From assembly GCA_965215635.1 (NCBI GenBank), contig CBDCEA010000004.1, forward strand, positions 308,897-372,896: a DNA stretch of 64,000 nt. Reading direction: 5' to 3'. Of the stretch, positions 47,349-57,187 are shown in pieces; position 1 is the stretch's first letter; each line of letters begins with the position of its first letter. A program made the translations under genes and the position numbers. Origin of the DNA: Alphaproteobacteria bacterium. Lineage in GTDB: Bacteria > Pseudomonadota > Alphaproteobacteria > SP197. The notes below the pieces were generated by a model that saw only the letters and a program-made list of their open reading frames with translations, was not told where the DNA came from and ran no database searches.

Positions 47349-48968
47349 TCAGGCATCGTCCCCGAGCAGCCAGGGCGATCCTTCCTCGACCGCAATGATG
47401 GTCGGCCTGTCGGCTTCGAAGGCGGATGTGATGGCAGCACAGAACTCCTCCGCACTCTCGGGGCGAACAGCGTGGCAATGGCATGATTGGGCCAGCACGA
47501 GAAAATCCGGGTTGCGCCCCTCGACACCCACCCGGTGGATGTTGCGGATATCGAGATCGTCCTGGATCTGCTTGAGACCGCCGTTTTCCCAGATGATCAC
47601 CGGAAGCGGCAGGCCGAGATCACTCGCCGCCATCAGTTCGGGCATGGTGAACATGAAGCCGCCGTCGCCGGCCAGTGCCACGACCGGATGGTCCTGCATG
47701 GCGTGCATGGCGCCAATGGCGTTGGGCAGCGCGCAGCCAAGCGCACAGTATCCGGCGGGATAGAACCACTGGCGCGGTCCATTGACGGGAAAGGCGAATG
47801 CGCCTGTGTAGACCAGCTGGCAGGCGTCACCGGCGAAGACTGTGTTGCGAGGCGTGCAAGAGCGCAGCCGATTGAGAAGCCGGACATGCTGTTTTTCCGA
47901 GGGTGTCAGATTGTCGAGAATCGCCGCCCGGATTCTCGCGATTTCCTGCCGGGTTCGGTCGCCGATCTGAGAGCCGTCGTGGCCTTCGAGCGCGGATGCC
48001 AGCGCCGCGACGGTCGGTCCGGCATCGGCCACGATGGCGAGATCGGCCGGATAGAGGTCGTTCATCTTGCGCGCATCGATGTCGACCCTGATGAGACGGC
48101 CGCGCATGTCGAGACGTTCGACGAAGCTGTCGGTTTCGGAGAGTTCCGTTCCGACGGCCAGTATGACATCGGCCGTCGCCAGGTAGTCACGGACTTCCCT
48201 GCGCACCGTGCTGCCGGAAAGACTCAAGGGGTGCTGGTCCGGCACGATGCCCTTGCCCGCCGTGCTGGCGATGACGGCGGCGCCCAGTGTTTCGGCGATG
48301 CCCGCAAGATCGGGACCTCCCTCCCGGGCTCCGCCGCCGACCATGATGACGGGGCGCCGGCTTCTTTGCAGCATCGCTGCCGCCTCATCCACCAGTCCCG
48401 CTCCCGGTTGGGGACGCCGGGGCAGGGTGACCGTCTGCCAGTCGCCCTCGATCTCCTCGGCGAGCACATCGATCGGAATCGAAATGTGCACCGGGCGTGG
48501 CCGTTCGCCGGCAAAGATCGAAAAGGCCTGGGCCATCAATTCGGGAACATCCGATGCACGTCGCGCTGTCGCACTGAATGCCGTCAGGGGACGAGTGACT
48601 TCCTTCTGTTCGGTGATCTCGTGGAGCACACCCCATCCCTTGCCGATAGTCTCGCTCGAAGCCTCCGCGGAGAGCAGAAGGAGTGGCAGTGAATCGGCCC
48701 AGGCCTGACCGACTGCCGTTGCCGTATTCGTGACGCCGGGACCGGAAATAACCAGAGCGACACCGGGCTTGCCGGTGGCGCGGGCGAATCCCTCTGCCAT
48801 GAAACCTGCACCCTGTTCGTTGCGGCACTGGACATGGTTCACCTCGCCGGTATCGAGGCCTCTGCAGAAATCCAGGGTATGGACACCGGGGATGCCGAAC
48901 ACCTCTGTGACACCGTATCGGCCCAGGAGCCTGATCGTGGCTTCACCGCATGTCATGACGTTCTTCAT
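47349..48968 (-). CDS. thiamine-diphosphate-dependent enzyme of the acetolactate-synthase/benzoylformate-decarboxylase superfamily, about 539 aa
   Basis: N-terminal Pyr domain (GIPGVHTLDF), central domain, and C-terminal TPP motif VALAGDGGFMFTMPELMAASDLGLPLPVIIWENGG (GDG...N). Confidence 0.8.
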   Translation of the reverse strand: MKNVMTCGEATIRLLGRYGVTEVFGIPGVHTLDFCRGLDTGEVNHVQCRNEQGAGFMAEGFARATGKPGVALVISGPGVTNTATAVGQAWADSLPLLLLSAEASSETIGKGWGVLHEITEQKEVTRPLTAFSATARRASDVPELMAQAFSIFAGERPRPVHISIPIDVLAEEIEGDWQTVTLPRRPQPGAGLVDEAAAMLQRSRRPVIMVGGGAREGGPDLAGIAETLGAAVIASTAGKGIVPDQHPLSLSGSTVRREVRDYLATADVILAVGTELSETDSFVERLDMRGRLIRVDIDARKMNDLYPADLAIVADAGPTVAALASALEGHDGSQIGDRTRQEIARIRAAILDNLTPSEKQHVRLLNRLRSCTPRNTVFAGDACQLVYTGAFAFPVNGPRQWFYPAGYCALGCALPNAIGAMHAMQDHPVVALAGDGGFMFTMPELMAASDLGLPLPVIIWENGGLKQIQDDLDIRNIHRVGVEGRNPDFLVLAQSCHCHAVRPESAEEFCAAITSAFEADRPTIIAVEEGSPWLLGDDA

Positions 48969-48999
48969 CCGTCTTTCTCCGCCTTTCCTATCCGGTGCT

Positions 49000-50094
49000 T
49001 CAGGTATCGAGTTCCGCAAGGATGGCATCGGTCATCTCGCGGCTGGTGAGGCTGCCACCAAGATCTGCCGTACGCGCCCCGCTCTCGAGCACCGCTGTCA
49101 CGGCTTTTTCGATTTCTCGGGCAATGTCCCCGCGGGCGAAGGCGTAGTCGAACATCATGGCTGCCGAGAGAATGGCGCCGATCGGATTTGCGATTCCCAG
49201 ACCATCGATATCGGGTGCGGTGCCGTGAACCGGCTCGAAAATTCCGTTGACGCTGTCACCTTCCTCGGGAAGGCCGGAGAGACACGCCGACGGCAACATC
49301 CCGAGACTTGCGACGATAACACCGGCCTGGTCGCTCAGAATGTCACCGAAGAGATTGTCGGCCATGATGACATCGAAACGCCGCGGATCACGCGCGAGTT
49401 GATAGCTCGCATTGTCGGCATAGAGGTTCTCGAGCGTGACGTCGGGATACTCTTCGGCGACTTCGGCGACCACTTCGCGCCACAGCACGTGCATTTCCAT
49501 CACATTGGATTTTTCGGCGGAGACGAGGTGCTTTCGCCTGCGCCTCGCGAGGCGGAAACCCGCGTGTGCGAGGCGCGCGATCTGGTGCTCGTCGTAGACC
49601 CCGAGATCGAAACCACGTCTGGGTCCGTCTTCGGGTCGATCGATACCCCGGTGGGCGGCAAAGAAGTTGCCACCGCACATCTCGCGGAGCACGAGCACAT
49701 CGGCTCCCGCCGTCAGGCCGGCACGATACGGGGTCAACGGTTCGAGACAGTCGACGGCCCGGGCGGGACGCAGACCGGCAAAGGTGTCGAGCTCCATGCG
49801 CAGGCGCATGAGACCGTCCTGCATGTTGGGATCCCCGGGCACCCGGACATTGTCCCACTTCGGTCCTCCCGCGGCACCGATGAGGACGGCATCGGCCTTC
49901 TTCGCCCGTTCGAGTGTCTCCTCTCTCAGAAAGGTTCCGTGCGCCTCCCAGGCGGCTCCGTGCAGAAGGTCCTGCGTGACATCGACGCGGATATCCCCGT
50001 CACAGGCCTTTTCGACGACTCTGAGCGCACATTCCGTCACTTCCGGGCCAATGCCGTCTCCCCCCAGGGCGAGAAGTACGAAGGTCGCCGACAT
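49000..50094 (-). CDS. isocitrate/isopropylmalate dehydrogenase-family enzyme (tartrate/D-malate/3-IPM dehydrogenase-like), 364 aa
   Basis: LLALGGDGIGPEV and the family signature NLFGDILSDQAG. GAGGAA Shine-Dalgarno 7 nt upstream of the ATG at 50094. Confidence 0.8.
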   Translation of the reverse strand: MSATFVLLALGGDGIGPEVTECALRVVEKACDGDIRVDVTQDLLHGAAWEAHGTFLREETLERAKKADAVLIGAAGGPKWDNVRVPGDPNMQDGLMRLRMELDTFAGLRPARAVDCLEPLTPYRAGLTAGADVLVLREMCGGNFFAAHRGIDRPEDGPRRGFDLGVYDEHQIARLAHAGFRLARRRRKHLVSAEKSNVMEMHVLWREVVAEVAEEYPDVTLENLYADNASYQLARDPRRFDVIMADNLFGDILSDQAGVIVASLGMLPSACLSGLPEEGDSVNGIFEPVHGTAPDIDGLGIANPIGAILSAAMMFDYAFARGDIAREIEKAVTAVLESGARTADLGGSLTSREMTDAILAELDT

Positions 50095-50232
50095 GGACGA
50101 TATTTCCTCATGATTCGTCTTTGCCATTGGTAACAGGCCGGACGCGATGCGCAAACATCCGATGATGGCTGGCATCCTCGCCCTGATTGGCCCATTCTTC
50201 TTCGCCGCGGCGCTACCAGACGGGAATCGACC

Positions 50233-50658
50233 ATGGACAATCCACCCTATGCCGGTGACGTCATGCCGGCCGATAGCTTTTCTGCCCTCGAGAGCGACGA
50301 CGATGCCGTGCTCGTGGACGTTCGCACGGAACCCGAGTGGCGTTTCGTCGGTGTGCCGGACCTCTCGGGTCTGGGCAAGAAGACGAGATTTGTCGAGTGG
50401 CAGCACTATCCCGATGGCAGGCCCAATCCCCTGTTCGCGAGGCAGTGCGAAGAACAGGGCCTGGAAAAGGGAAGGGCGGTCTATTTCATCTGCCGATCCG
50501 GTGTCCGCTCCATGCATGCGGCGATCGCCATGACATCGCTTGGTTACGGTCCCTGTTACAACGTCGCCGAAGGCTTCGAAGGCAACAAGGATGTCGCAAT
50601 GCAGCGGGGCCATGTCGGCGGATGGAAGTCAAGGGGATTGCCCTGGCGCCAGGAATAG
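50233..50658 (+). CDS. single-domain rhodanese-like sulfurtransferase, 141 aa
   Basis: ...AVLVDVRTEPEW... and the active-site loop YFICRSGVRS. Confidence 0.7.
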   Translation: MDNPPYAGDVMPADSFSALESDDDAVLVDVRTEPEWRFVGVPDLSGLGKKTRFVEWQHYPDGRPNPLFARQCEEQGLEKGRAVYFICRSGVRSMHAAIAMTSLGYGPCYNVAEGFEGNKDVAMQRGHVGGWKSRGLPWRQE

Positions 50659-50798
50659 GCTTGAAATTTCCCCGGTCCCGCCCATATCTGGGAGTGCAAC
50701 CGTCCCTTGCCGCTATCGGAAGACCAGACGGGAGCAAGAGGTTCCGCCTCCGGGGGAACCGCATCACTCACATACCGCTCACAAGGAGGATATGTTCG

Positions 50799-51260
50799 AT
50801 GACCCGCTTCGATTTCTCTCCACTGTTCCGTTCGACCGTCGGTTTCGACCGCATGATGAATCTGCTCGAAGCCAGTGCCCGTTCCGGTGAAGATGGCTAT
50901 CCGCCGTACAATATCGAGAAGATGGGCGAGAACGACTACCGCATCACTATGGCTGTCGCCGGTTTCGGCGAGAACGATATAGTGATCGAGGTCAAGGACT
51001 CGACCGTGACGGTATCTGGTTCGACATCCAGCGAGGGCGACCAGGAGCGCTCGTACCTCTACCGCGGCATCGCGGGCAGGAGTTTCAAGCGTGCCTTCCA
51101 GTTGGCCGATCATGTCCATGTTTCCGGGGCCAATCTGGAGAACGGTCTGCTTCACGTCGACCTCGTACGCGAAGTGCCCGAGGCACTGAAGCCACGGACG
51201 ATCAAGATCTCCACGGGCCAGGACCCGCGCCAGATCGAGGCTTCCAGGAAAGCGGCCTGA
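50799..51260 (+). CDS. Hsp20/alpha-crystallin small heat-shock protein (IbpA-like), 153 aa
   Basis: ...YPPYNIEKMGENDYRITMAVAGFGENDIVIEVKDSTVTVSG... alpha-crystallin domain. AGGAGGA Shine-Dalgarno 7 nt upstream of the ATG at 50799. Confidence 0.8.
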   Translation: MTRFDFSPLFRSTVGFDRMMNLLEASARSGEDGYPPYNIEKMGENDYRITMAVAGFGENDIVIEVKDSTVTVSGSTSSEGDQERSYLYRGIAGRSFKRAFQLADHVHVSGANLENGLLHVDLVREVPEALKPRTIKISTGQDPRQIEASRKAA

Positions 51261-51287
51261 CGGCAACGCCACAGGCTTGATCAGGGA

Positions 51288-51319
51288 GGGCGCCGGACCC
51301 GAGTCCGGCGCTCTTTTCG
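51288..51319 (+). terminator. Rho-independent terminator of the Hsp20 gene
   Basis: gggcgccggaccc gag tccggcgctc followed by ttttcg. Confidence 0.65.
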
Positions 51320-51360
51320 ATTCTGCTTGACGTGCACAGCCTGACTGTCCAGATTGCCAT

Positions 51361-51425
51361 CACGTGGTGATTTGTGCCAACCGGCTTGCGGCCACGTAAA
51401 ACAAACCGCTAAAAAGGTTGCGGTC
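51361..51425 (+). ncRNA. candidate SAM-II riboswitch (alphaproteobacterial metZ/metX leader type)
   Basis: Lies 55 nt upstream of metZ. CACGUGG...CCACGUA helix enclosing GAUUUGUGCCAACCGGCUUGCGG, followed by AAAACAAACCGCUAAAAAGG. This resembles the GAUUU / GGCUUGC / UAAAAAAGCUAAAGG elements of SAM-II as I recall them; not checked against a covariance model. Confidence 0.45.
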
Positions 51426-51480
51426 GATCTTCTGGGATAAGACCGGACCCCGGGCGGGTATCGGCAAGGAAGATCAGGCC

Positions 51481-52665
51481 ATGAATGAATCCCCGAAGAC
51501 ATGGCGCCGCCGGACGCAGTTGGTACGTGGTGGATTGACACGCAGCCCACACTGCGAAACCTCCGAGGCGCTCTATCTGACCTCCGGCTATGTCTACGAG
51601 TCGGCCGAGGAAGCCGCAGCTGCCTTTGCTGACGAGACTCCCCGATACATCTATTCCCGATACGGCAACCCCACGGTCTCCATGTTCGAGGAGCGCTTGC
51701 GCGTGATCGAGGGCGCCGAGGCGTGCCGCGCCACATCCTCGGGTATGGCGGCGGTTTTCGCAGCCCTTGCCTCGATCCTCAAGGCCGGGGACAGGCTTGT
51801 GGCGTCGCGTGCGCTGTTCGGCTCCTGCCTTCACATAGTGGCGAAGGTCCTGCCGCGCTTCGGAATCGAGACCCGCCTCGTCGACGGCACGGATCTCGAT
51901 CAGTGGCGCGAGGCGCTTGAACACGGTGCCCAGGCCGTCTTCCTCGAGACACCGTCCAATCCCATGCTCGAGATCATCGATCTGCCCGAAGTCTGCTCGC
52001 TGGCACACGATGCCGGAGCTTCTATCGTGGTCGACAACGTCTTCGCCTCGCCCCTCCTGCAGAGGCCTCTGGAACTCGGTGCCGATATTGTCGTCTACTC
52101 CGCCACGAAGCACATCGATGGCCAAGGGCGCTGTCTTGGCGGTGCGATACTCGGAAGTTCACAGTTCGTGGACGGGCCGCTCTTCAACTTCCTCAAGCAC
52201 ACCGGTCCGGCCCTTTCACCGTTCAATGCATGGGTGCTTGTGAAGGGGCTGGAAACCCTTGACTTGAGGGTCGCGCGCCACTGTGAGAGCGCCGGGGCCG
52301 TTTCCGAATGGCTCGAAACAAGGAACGCTGTCCCGCGCATGCTCTACCCCTGGCACCCGGCCCATCCTCAGGCTGACCTTGCCCGACGTTTGATGCGTGG
52401 CGGCGGCAGTGTCGTCGCCTTCGAACTCGAGGGTGGTCGTGGGGGGGCCTTCAGGTTTCTCAACGCCCTCGAATTGATCGACATATCGAACAATCTCGGC
52501 GACTCGAAAAGCCTGATCACGCATCCTGCCACGACCACCCACTCCAAGCTCTCGCAGGAGGAAAGGGATCACCTCGGGATCACGGAAGGTCTCGTGCGCC
52601 TGCATGTCGGTCTCGAGGATGTCGACGATCTCAAGGAAGACCTCGCACAAGCTCTCTTTGCCTGA
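51481..52665 (+). CDS. metZ: O-succinylhomoserine sulfhydrylase (MetZ; PLP-dependent Cys/Met metabolism family), 394 aa
   Basis: N-terminus ...WRRRTQLVRGGLTRSPHCETSEALYLTSGYVY matches the MetZ consensus. PLP-Lys in YSATKHIDGQG. AAGGAAGA Shine-Dalgarno upstream. Confidence 0.85.
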   Translation: MNESPKTWRRRTQLVRGGLTRSPHCETSEALYLTSGYVYESAEEAAAAFADETPRYIYSRYGNPTVSMFEERLRVIEGAEACRATSSGMAAVFAALASILKAGDRLVASRALFGSCLHIVAKVLPRFGIETRLVDGTDLDQWREALEHGAQAVFLETPSNPMLEIIDLPEVCSLAHDAGASIVVDNVFASPLLQRPLELGADIVVYSATKHIDGQGRCLGGAILGSSQFVDGPLFNFLKHTGPALSPFNAWVLVKGLETLDLRVARHCESAGAVSEWLETRNAVPRMLYPWHPAHPQADLARRLMRGGGSVVAFELEGGRGGAFRFLNALELIDISNNLGDSKSLITHPATTTHSKLSQEERDHLGITEGLVRLHVGLEDVDDLKEDLAQALFA

Positions 52666-52780
52666 TCACCGGGAGCAAAGGGACACCGGCACGTGCGGAT
52701 CTTGGGGGGTTGGCAACGCGCGGCGCATTGAGCGCGCATTCATGTCATAGTTGCGGATGCGTATCCGGGGAGAATGAGAC

Positions 52781-53737
52781 ATGAGCGAATACACGAACCT
52801 TGAACGGCGCATGGCAGGGCGCGAGGTGATCCTGCTCGACGGCGCCATCGGCACCAGGATCCAGACGATGGGCGTACCCATGTCGGGACTGGCCTGGGCG
52901 GCGGCCGCGCTGGAAAGCCACCCCTTCACCGTGCGCCGCATGCACGAGCAGTACATCGCGGCCGGGGTCGATATCATCACCGCCAACACCTATTCTTCGG
53001 CGCGCCACAACCTCGAGCCGCTTGGTCTCGGCGACAAGGTCGTCGAGCTCAACCTGCGCGCCGTCATGCTTGCTCAGGATGCCCGCGACAAGATGGCGAA
53101 GGATCGTCCGGTGCTCATCGCGGGCTCTGTCTCGAACTACGGCCTGCGGGCCGGTTCCGAAGGGGACTACGTGCGAAGGCGCAGTGAAACCTCCGATGCC
53201 CAGGCTCGGGCGAATCTGCGCCAGCAGGCCGAGGTGCTCGCCGAGGCCGGAGTCGACTTCCTGCTGGCCGAGGCGACCGGTGGCAATACCCACCGCAAAT
53301 GGGTGGTCGATGCCTGCCTTGCGACCGGTCTGCCGGTGTGGCCCGGCTTCAAAGTGAGGTGTGACGATGGCGAGGACATTCCCCGGCTCGGTTACACGTC
53401 ACCCCAGCCGATCGCCGAGGGTTTCGATGAGGTGCTCACGCTTGGCGGCTCGGTGGTCTGTGTGTTCCACTCGCCGATCAGGGCGACCGACGCTGCGCTC
53501 GACGTGGTTCGCGCCAGGTGGCAGGGGCCGATATGCGTCTATCCCGAGGCCGAACGCGAGGACTATATCGACACCTATCGCAATCACAGTGAAGCGACGC
53601 CGGTGTCGCCCGAGGAGTTTGTGGCCTGGGCCAGAGGCTGCGTCGAGGCCGGCGTCCAGGTGGTGGGCGGCTGCTGCGGCATCGAGATCGAGCATATCCG
53701 ACCATTGCGCGAAGCGCTGCCGACGCATCTCGCCTGA
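52781..53737 (+). CDS. mmuM: homocysteine S-methyltransferase (MmuM/BHMT-like), 318 aa
   Basis: ...ILLDGAIGTRIQ..., DIITANTY, and C-terminal Zn-binding GGCCG. Confidence 0.8.
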   Translation: MSEYTNLERRMAGREVILLDGAIGTRIQTMGVPMSGLAWAAAALESHPFTVRRMHEQYIAAGVDIITANTYSSARHNLEPLGLGDKVVELNLRAVMLAQDARDKMAKDRPVLIAGSVSNYGLRAGSEGDYVRRRSETSDAQARANLRQQAEVLAEAGVDFLLAEATGGNTHRKWVVDACLATGLPVWPGFKVRCDDGEDIPRLGYTSPQPIAEGFDEVLTLGGSVVCVFHSPIRATDAALDVVRARWQGPICVYPEAEREDYIDTYRNHSEATPVSPEEFVAWARGCVEAGVQVVGGCCGIEIEHIRPLREALPTHLA

Positions 53738-54320
53738 CGACGCGGTCCCGTAGCCCGCATCGCTCACCCGCGGAAAGGCCACATTGACGCGCAGTTTTGC
53801 AGCGGTATCTGTTGTGACGGACTGTCCGGGCTGACATGCATTGGTCCCGGCTCGCTGGATCCAGGACATCTCCTGGATGCTGCGTGGGACATGTTGCTGT
53901 TGGCGATGCGCAGACTGTCGTGCTTGGCACATTGATGCCGACGGTTGCCCGCCTGAGGTCGGGCAGTCTCCGCGCGTTCGTAGTGCCAATCTTGCAGTGA
54001 GACTGACCGACGAGGTCCGATTGGAGATAACGCGTAAGGTTGTGGTGTGCTTGTGCGCAAGCCGATGATCCCGAATTGTCAGTGGTACGCCTGAAGGATT
54101 GACATGGGAGCCTGGCGGGTGGCGATCAGGTCCAGTTCATGCCGCTGCCAGCAAGGTTCAGTGACCATACCATTCCATGCTTGGGTATCGAGGCTGGACA
54201 AAAGACAGTCGAACAACCTCCTCCGTTGCAATTCCGGACACGTGCGGCAATCGATATCGTGCGCCCTCGATTGACGCCTCTCGATTGAGGCGACCGAGCG
54301 CGATGCCACGGTCAATGGTC

Positions 54321-54360
54321 GGCGGGTGGCGGCAAAATCCAGATCTTGCCGCCACCCGCC
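54321..54360. terminator. 15-bp-stem hairpin between convergent mmuM and the DppA-like substrate-binding-protein gene (likely bidirectional terminator)
   Basis: ggcgggtggcggcaa aatccagatc ttgccgccacccgcc, 17 nt downstream of the substrate-binding-protein gene's TAG. Confidence 0.55.
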
Positions 54361-54376
54361 GTGGATCAGTGAGGCG

Positions 54377-55906
54377 CTACTCGCTCTTCGTGATCAATTC
54401 CCAGCGAACGCTGGCTTCCTCGATCGGTTGGAAGCCGTCGACGTTTGCCGAGTAGGCCCGGGTGATGTTGAAGTGGAAGGGGATGAACGAGCCTCCCTCT
54501 TCGTACAACTGCCGCTGAAGCTCGCCGTAGAGCGCCTTGCGCTTCTCGAAATCCGGTTCTCCGGCAGCCGCGTCGAGATTGGCGTCGAATTCGGCAACCC
54601 TCCAGTTGTTTTCGTTCCATGACGAATCGCTGCGCCACGCAAGGTTCAGGATCACTCCGGCTGACCTTTGCCACCACCAGGTCTGGAAGACTGTTTCAAC
54701 CTGGTAGACATCGTTCCAGTAGCCGTCGGCCGGTGCCACGACGATATTGACCCTGATGCCAGCGTCCGCCACCTGTTCCTGGTAAACCTCCGCCATCGTC
54801 GACCAGTGCGGGTCCTTGTCACTGGTGTAGAGATCGAACTCGATCCCGTCGGGAAATCCTGCCTCTGCCAGCAGACGCTTCGCCTCGGCAATGTCTTGCG
54901 GACAGTCGATTTCGGCCTGATACGCATCGCCCGCCCACACCGGATGGTCACATGCGATCGTACCTCCTCCGGGGCCGGCGACCAGATCGGTCATTTCCTG
55001 ACGATCGACGGCGATCCGGACGGCCTTGCGAACCCTCGGGTCGTCGAATGGCGGTCTGTCCACCAGGAAGATGATGGCCTTCCATTCACCGGTCGGGATG
55101 GTCTGGGTCTTGAACCTGGGGTTGTTCTCGAACATCGGCTTTTGCTGGGCGGTCAACGCCTCGATGTAATCGATCTGTCCGCTCTGCAGCGCCTGTATCC
55201 GCGCCTCGCTGTCAGGGATCGCAATCACCTTGACACGGTCAACGCCAGCTCTTTGGCCCCAGTATTCCTCGTTGGCGACCACTTCGGACGTCCCTTCGGG
55301 ATCCAGTCTGGTCATACTGAAGGGGCCGGTGCCAATACCGCTCGTAGCCATTGTATCACCCGAGCCCTCCGGGATCATGACCATCTTCCATTCGGTCAAC
55401 GCAATGGGCAGATCCGCATCCGGTTGGTTCAGGTTGAAACGCACCGTGTGGCTGTCGAGAGCCTCGATGCTGTCCACCGACTTGATGGTCGAACGGTTTG
55501 GCGAATCGAGTTCGGGATCCAGGATACGGCTGATGCTGTAGACGACATCGGCGGCATCGAAGTCCGAACCGTCATGGAACCTGACGCCTTCACGCAGCTC
55601 CATGATCAAGGCCAGGCCGTCATCGGAGATGCTCCACGACGTTGCGAGGTACGGTGTTGCAGCGCCGGTCTCATCGGTCCGGGTCAGCCGCTCGTGCACC
55701 AGCTGGTTCATGATGTAGAACGCGTCGACGCTGTGCGCGTCCATGGTCTCGGCGCCTCCTCTGCCAAGACCGTGGGAAACCCGAAGAACGGTCTCCGCCA
55801 TGGCGGAGCCGGCGAACAGCGCTGCACAGAGGGCAACCGTCAAAATGGCACGACCGAATCCGGCGGCAATTTGTTGTACGATCAAAATAACGTTGTTTTT
55901 TCGCAT
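54377..55906 (-). CDS. ABC transporter substrate-binding protein, family 5 (DppA/OppA-like), orphan; 509 aa
   Basis: Signal peptide (AILTVALCAALFAGSAMAETVL) and an SBP_bac_5-type fold. GGGAGG Shine-Dalgarno upstream of the ATG at 55906. No permease or ATPase genes adjacent. Confidence 0.8.
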   Translation of the reverse strand: MRKNNVILIVQQIAAGFGRAILTVALCAALFAGSAMAETVLRVSHGLGRGGAETMDAHSVDAFYIMNQLVHERLTRTDETGAATPYLATSWSISDDGLALIMELREGVRFHDGSDFDAADVVYSISRILDPELDSPNRSTIKSVDSIEALDSHTVRFNLNQPDADLPIALTEWKMVMIPEGSGDTMATSGIGTGPFSMTRLDPEGTSEVVANEEYWGQRAGVDRVKVIAIPDSEARIQALQSGQIDYIEALTAQQKPMFENNPRFKTQTIPTGEWKAIIFLVDRPPFDDPRVRKAVRIAVDRQEMTDLVAGPGGGTIACDHPVWAGDAYQAEIDCPQDIAEAKRLLAEAGFPDGIEFDLYTSDKDPHWSTMAEVYQEQVADAGIRVNIVVAPADGYWNDVYQVETVFQTWWWQRSAGVILNLAWRSDSSWNENNWRVAEFDANLDAAAGEPDFEKRKALYGELQRQLYEEGGSFIPFHFNITRAYSANVDGFQPIEEASVRWELITKSE

Positions 55907-57187
55907 TATATTGTCCTCCCTTTGGTTATAGACCGCGCATTCCTCAACGCCTGAAGAACCCGTGTTCCGGTCGAGACCGCTTCGCTGATGCCGAAACGAT
56001 GTCAATTCGACCGGAACGCCAGTCTAGAGGTTTCACGCCAGAGGGTCCACATGACCGGGCGTGAAGCCAGGAGAAATGTTTTCTGACTTGCGCGGATTTC
56101 AAGGCGGGATCGCTTGTTTGCGGACTCACTGCATGAGTTGAGGTGCAGGTCTTGGCACAGAAGCTGCAACGGGTCGGGAACATCGGCTGGTGGCCGCGCA
56201 CTGTTACCTCGGTTCGGCGCCCAGGGTGGGGGCGATGGTCTGGTATACTGCGGTGTGGTGTTTGGCGTCGTTTTCGGCTGCGGCACTCAAGTACCAGGCC
56301 CCGTGACGCGTGGATTGGCCGGACGCTTCGTCACAAGTCAAGACCGGCCTCATCCGGTGGCCAACAACACCCGGTTCCCGGGTGCTCAGGCTGTGTGCGC
56401 GCCGTGTGGTGCGGGCCTGGCGTGCGTATTGCCTTCATCGGACCCTCGTGCTGAAGATCTTCGTCGACCCGGCCAGGTTCGAAGGCACGGTCTACCGAGC
56501 CGAGACCAGTGTGCCGGAACGACACCGAAGCAGGTCCTTGTCCGCCCTCTCACCCGGCACTCCCGTTATGTGTTTCGCGGTCCCATTCCGGAGTCCCATT
56601 ACCGACAAGGGAGATCGAAGAAAATGTTCACGGCTGATCAGATGAGGGGCCTGCCAACTTCTTCCGGACCGCCGACGACGCCAGAAGGGCGGCACGGATC
56701 TTCTGCATGCATCCACATGGTATCTGGCTGCGCGGTGCTCTCGATCAGGAATCCATTAGCCGCGACGAAGCCCTGGAGCAGATGGAGGAGCTGCTGGACA
56801 AGTTGCTCGCGAATGCGGCGGGCGGCACCGACCACCACCGTCAAGCTCATCATATCACGGGCGGTGGGCGGAGATCGAGACGTGGCGTATGCGGAGCGGC
56901 TGTCCATCGCCGACGAGACTTGGAAGATTGCGTCGCAGAGTGCCCTTGAACTCGTTCAGGAACCATTTGTTGTGGCAGCACGGGAAGTGCAGTTTCCATA
57001 CCAATTGGACATACAGCGCAGGCTCCTGGGCCAGGACCGACATGGACCGGAGCAACGGCTGCTCGCCGTTTGGTGCACCGTTATCGCCTGATTCGTGGAT
57101 TGACGCCTATGGTGTTAGCATTATCAGTTCCCTAGGGGATCTTCTCTGGAAATCCTCTTCCAAACACTCGATTGAGAGGAATAAGTC

